Positions 60,887 to 64,000 of a DNA stretch of 64,000 nt are shown here, piece by piece. Source of the stretch: Squalus acanthias (Eukaryota); NCBI GenBank assembly GCA_030390025.1, contig CM059432.1:682001-746000 (forward strand), read 5' to 3'. How positions within the stretch are numbered: position 1 is the first letter of the stretch; every line of letters begins with the position of its first letter. Position numbers and translations under genes: made by a program. Below the pieces are notes generated by a model. It had not been told where the DNA came from. It worked only from the letters and a program-made list of their open reading frames with translations, and made no database searches.

Positions 60887-61684
60887 TATATCTCCTTTAG
60901 GGGGCGACGTGTGCTAATGTTACAAGACAGTCCAGCTTCTTTCTTGAGGTTTGCTTAGGAAGTGATTAACAGGGGTCTGTGCAGGTCTGCCTCTCTCTCA
61001 ATTTGGAAAAATCAGGACCACTTAAATTCATAAAATATCAGGACCTCTTAATAACTTTAAAATAAACCGGGCCTACTAACTGCTTAAAATTGGCACCACT
61101 TAAAATAATAACATTGATGATTGGTAATTTTTAATAAATCAGCACCTATTTTAACTGAGTTAATTTCTTCCCACCCCTCCCTCTCTGCCTCTTCCTTTCC
61201 TCCACTCTCCCTCCCCCTCCTCCCCCACCCATTCCCTTTCTCTGCCTTTTCCAATTATTCAACCACCCTCTAACTCTGCTCGACCTAAACAGCCCTTGGT
61301 CTTGACTATCCGCGGGACAGCGATTAGTAGACGCGTAATGAATCTTGCAGCACGGGAGGAGGCCATTTGGCCCATCATGCCGGCTTTTTGAAAGAGCTAT
61401 CCAATTAGTCCCACTCCCTGCTCTTTCCCCATAGCCCTGCATTTTTTTAAAAAGTTACAGGAACAGGAGTAGGCCATTCAGCTCCTCAAGCCTCTTTGGC
61501 CATTCAATTAGATCATGGCTGATCTATTCCTAAACCCCATTTATCCGCCTTTGCTCCATATCCCTTGATACCCTTACCCAACAAAAGTCTATCTAGTATT
61601 GGATTGGCCTAGGACAGGGTGGGAGAGTAAAATTATGTTATACTTAAAAAAAATAAAGGCTGGATGTTTGGGTTTGAAGGATTA

Positions 61685-62045
61685 CGAACATACGAAAAAG
61701 GACAGGACTGGTCCATCAAGCATATCCCAGCCCAACCATTAACCCCACCTGCCACCCCCCGCCCCCCACCCAAATTATACAATCTCGTGGGAGAGGCAAA
61801 AATGCCCCCAAATAACTGTGGGCCAATTTGGGAAGAATCTCTGGAAAATTCTGCGCAGATCCACTTACCTTTTATAATTTGAGATCTCTTCAGCTCACCG
61901 GAACCTTTAGAAGGCCTCACCACTTGTATTGGCAATGTATTACAGAGGTTGATGACTCTCTGGAAAAAGACGTACTTCCAGACACATAACCTAACTTTAT
62001 GCTTTCATAACTTATGCTGATGCTGTTGTGTCGTCCCCTCTCTAT
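61685..62045 (-). mobile_element. CR1-like 3' end with G-rich 3' UTR
   Basis: Resembles 23860-24470 (gcttgatggaccag near the end, G-tract upstream). Confidence 0.55.
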
Positions 62046-62048
62046 TTA

Positions 62049-62668
62049 CAACAGCAACTTATGATTATATAGCGCCTTTAACGTAGTAAAGCGTCTCAAG
62101 GCGCTTCACAGGAGCAATTATCAAACAAAATTTGTCACCGAGCCATGTAACGAGATATTAGGGCAGGTGACCAAAAGCTTGGTCAAAGAGGAAGGTTTTA
62201 AAGAGCAGCTTAAAGGAGGACAGAGAGGCGGAGAATTTAGGAAGGGAACTCCAGAGCTTCGGGTCTAGGCAGCTGAAGGCACGGCTGACAATGTTGGAGC
62301 GAAGGAAATCGGGGATGCGCAAGAGGCCAGAGTTGGAGGAACGGAAAGTTCTCAGAGGGTCAGGGGGCTGGAGGAGGTCACAGAGATAGGGAGGGGTGAG
62401 GCCAGGGAGGGATTTGAACACGTGGATGAGAATTTTAAAATCGAGGCCAATATAGGTCAGCGAGCACAGGGGGTGATGGGTGAACAGGGCATGGTGCAAG
62501 TTAGGATATGAGCAGCAGTGTTTTGGGTGAACTGAAGTTTATGGAGGATGCAAGGTAGGAGGCCAGCCAAGAGAGCCTTGGAATAGTCGAGTCTAGCGGT
62601 AACAAAGGCATGGTTGAGGGTTTCAGCAGCGCATGGGCTGAGGCAAGGGTGGAGATGGTAATGCCAGT
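62049..62668 (-). mobile_element. L2 3' part
   Basis: DFKILIHVFKSL.GL.PPYLCDLLQ..RAFSCL.PKLWSSLP. Confidence 0.85.
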
Positions 62669-62679
62669 TAGAACCCTAG

Positions 62680-63982
62680 AACCATAGAATGATACAGCAC
62701 AGAAAGAGGCCATTCGGCCCATTGTGCCTGTGCCAGCTCTTTGAAAGAGCTCTCCAATTAGTCTCACTCCCCTGCTCTTTCCCCATAGCCCTGCAAATTA
62801 TATTCCTTTTGAATCTGCTTCCACCACCCTTTCAGGCAGCGCATTCCAGATCATAACTCGCTGAGTAAAAAAATAAATTCCTCATGTCGCCTCTGGTTCT
62901 TTTGCCAATCACCTTCAATCTGTGTCCTCTGGTTACTGACCCTTCTGCCACTGGAAACAGTTTCTCTTTATCTACTCTATCAAAACCCTTCATGATTTTG
63001 AACATCTCTATCAAATCTCCTCTTAACCTTCTCTGCTCTAAGGCGAACAACCCCAGCTTCTCCAGTCTCTCCACATGACTGAAGTCCCTCATCCCTGGAA
63101 CCATTCTAATAAATCTCCTCTGCACCCTCTCTAAGACCTTGACATTCTTCCTAAAGTGCGGAGCCCAGAATAGGACACAATACTCCAGCTGAGGCCTAAC
63201 CAGTGTTTTATAAAGGTTTAGCATAACTTCCTTTGCTTTTGTACTCTATTCCTCTATTTATAAAGCCAAGGATTCTGTATACTTTTTTAACAGCCTTCTC
63301 AACTTGTCCTGCCACTTTGAAAGATTTGTGTACATACACCTCGAGGTCCCTCTTTTCCTGCACCCCTTTAAAATGGTATCATTTAGTTTATGTTGCCTCT
63401 CCTCAATCTTCCTACCAAAATGTATCACTTCACACTTCTCTGTGTTAAATTTCATCTGCCGTGGGTCTGCCCATTTTACCAGCCTGTCTATGACTTCCTG
63501 AAGTCTGATACTGTCCTCTTCATTGTTTACTACATTTCCGAGTTTCGTGCCATCTGCAAACTTTTAAATTATGTCCAGTATATCCAAGTCCAGGTCATTA
63601 ATATATATCAAAAAGAGCAGTGATCCTAATACTGACCCCTGGGGAACATCACTGTATACTTCCCTCCAGTCTGAAAAACAACCGCTCACCACTACTCTCT
63701 GCTTTCTGTCCCTTAGCCAGTTTTGTATCCAAGCTGCCACTGTTCCTTTGATCCATGGGCTTTAGTTTTACTAACAAGTCTATTATGTGGTACTTTGTCA
63801 AATGCTTTTTGAAAGTCTATATACGCAACTTCAACCGTACTACCCTCATCAGCCCTCTTCATTACTTCATCAAAGAACACAATCAAGTTAGTCAAACCCG
63901 ATTTGCCTTTAACAAATCCATGCTGGCTTTCATTTATGAGCCCACACTTTTCCAAGTGCCATTTAATTTTGTCCCAGATTAT
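62680..63982 (-). mobile_element. CR1 RT/3' part
   Basis: SQHGFVKGKS.LTNL..YIDFQKAFDKVPH; LYKTLVRPQLEYC. Confidence 0.9.
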
Positions 63983-64000
63983 TGGCCCGGATTTTGTGGT

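Noticed and set aside
59030..64000. First exon of a divergent neighbour gene (LAMA3 is adjacent in human)
   Set aside because: No signal-peptide exon or convincing splice pattern found; the GC-rich parts are explained by MITE-like repeats

Overview
This is eukaryotic (vertebrate) DNA. The repeat content (abundant CR1 LINEs, Deu-domain tRNA SINEs, L2, RTE, Harbinger, Penelope tails) suggests a cartilaginous fish, which is an inference. The window holds one complete host gene on the minus strand, ANKRD29: 10 coding exons from 44818 down to 586, about 298 aa, all GT-AG phase-0 introns, mostly one ankyrin repeat per 99-nt exon, with a CpG-rich promoter at about 44.9-45.15 kb. Almost everything else is nested transposable-element sequence, and most ORF-track entries are TE fragments or antisense shadows. 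Highlights: (1) an apparently intact full-length CR1 LINE (52561-57471, minus) with a 74-bp monomer array at its 5' end and an AUG-less ORF2 joined to ORF1 by a U-UUA-AAC -1 slippery site; (2) two minimal hammerhead ribozymes in Penelope-type tails, one in a 130-bp insertion with a perfect 10-bp TSD; (3) a 1.84-kb internally deleted Gypsy-type LTR element plus a solo LTR, with no canonical tRNA PBS but with a segment complementary to its own LTR poly(A) signal; (4) a LINE that appears to carry a tRNA-like Pol III head shared with a local SINE; (5) Harbinger transposase and Myb remnants plus palindromic MITEs. TE boundaries are approximate unless a TSD or TIR is quoted. Family names come from recognition, not from database searches.
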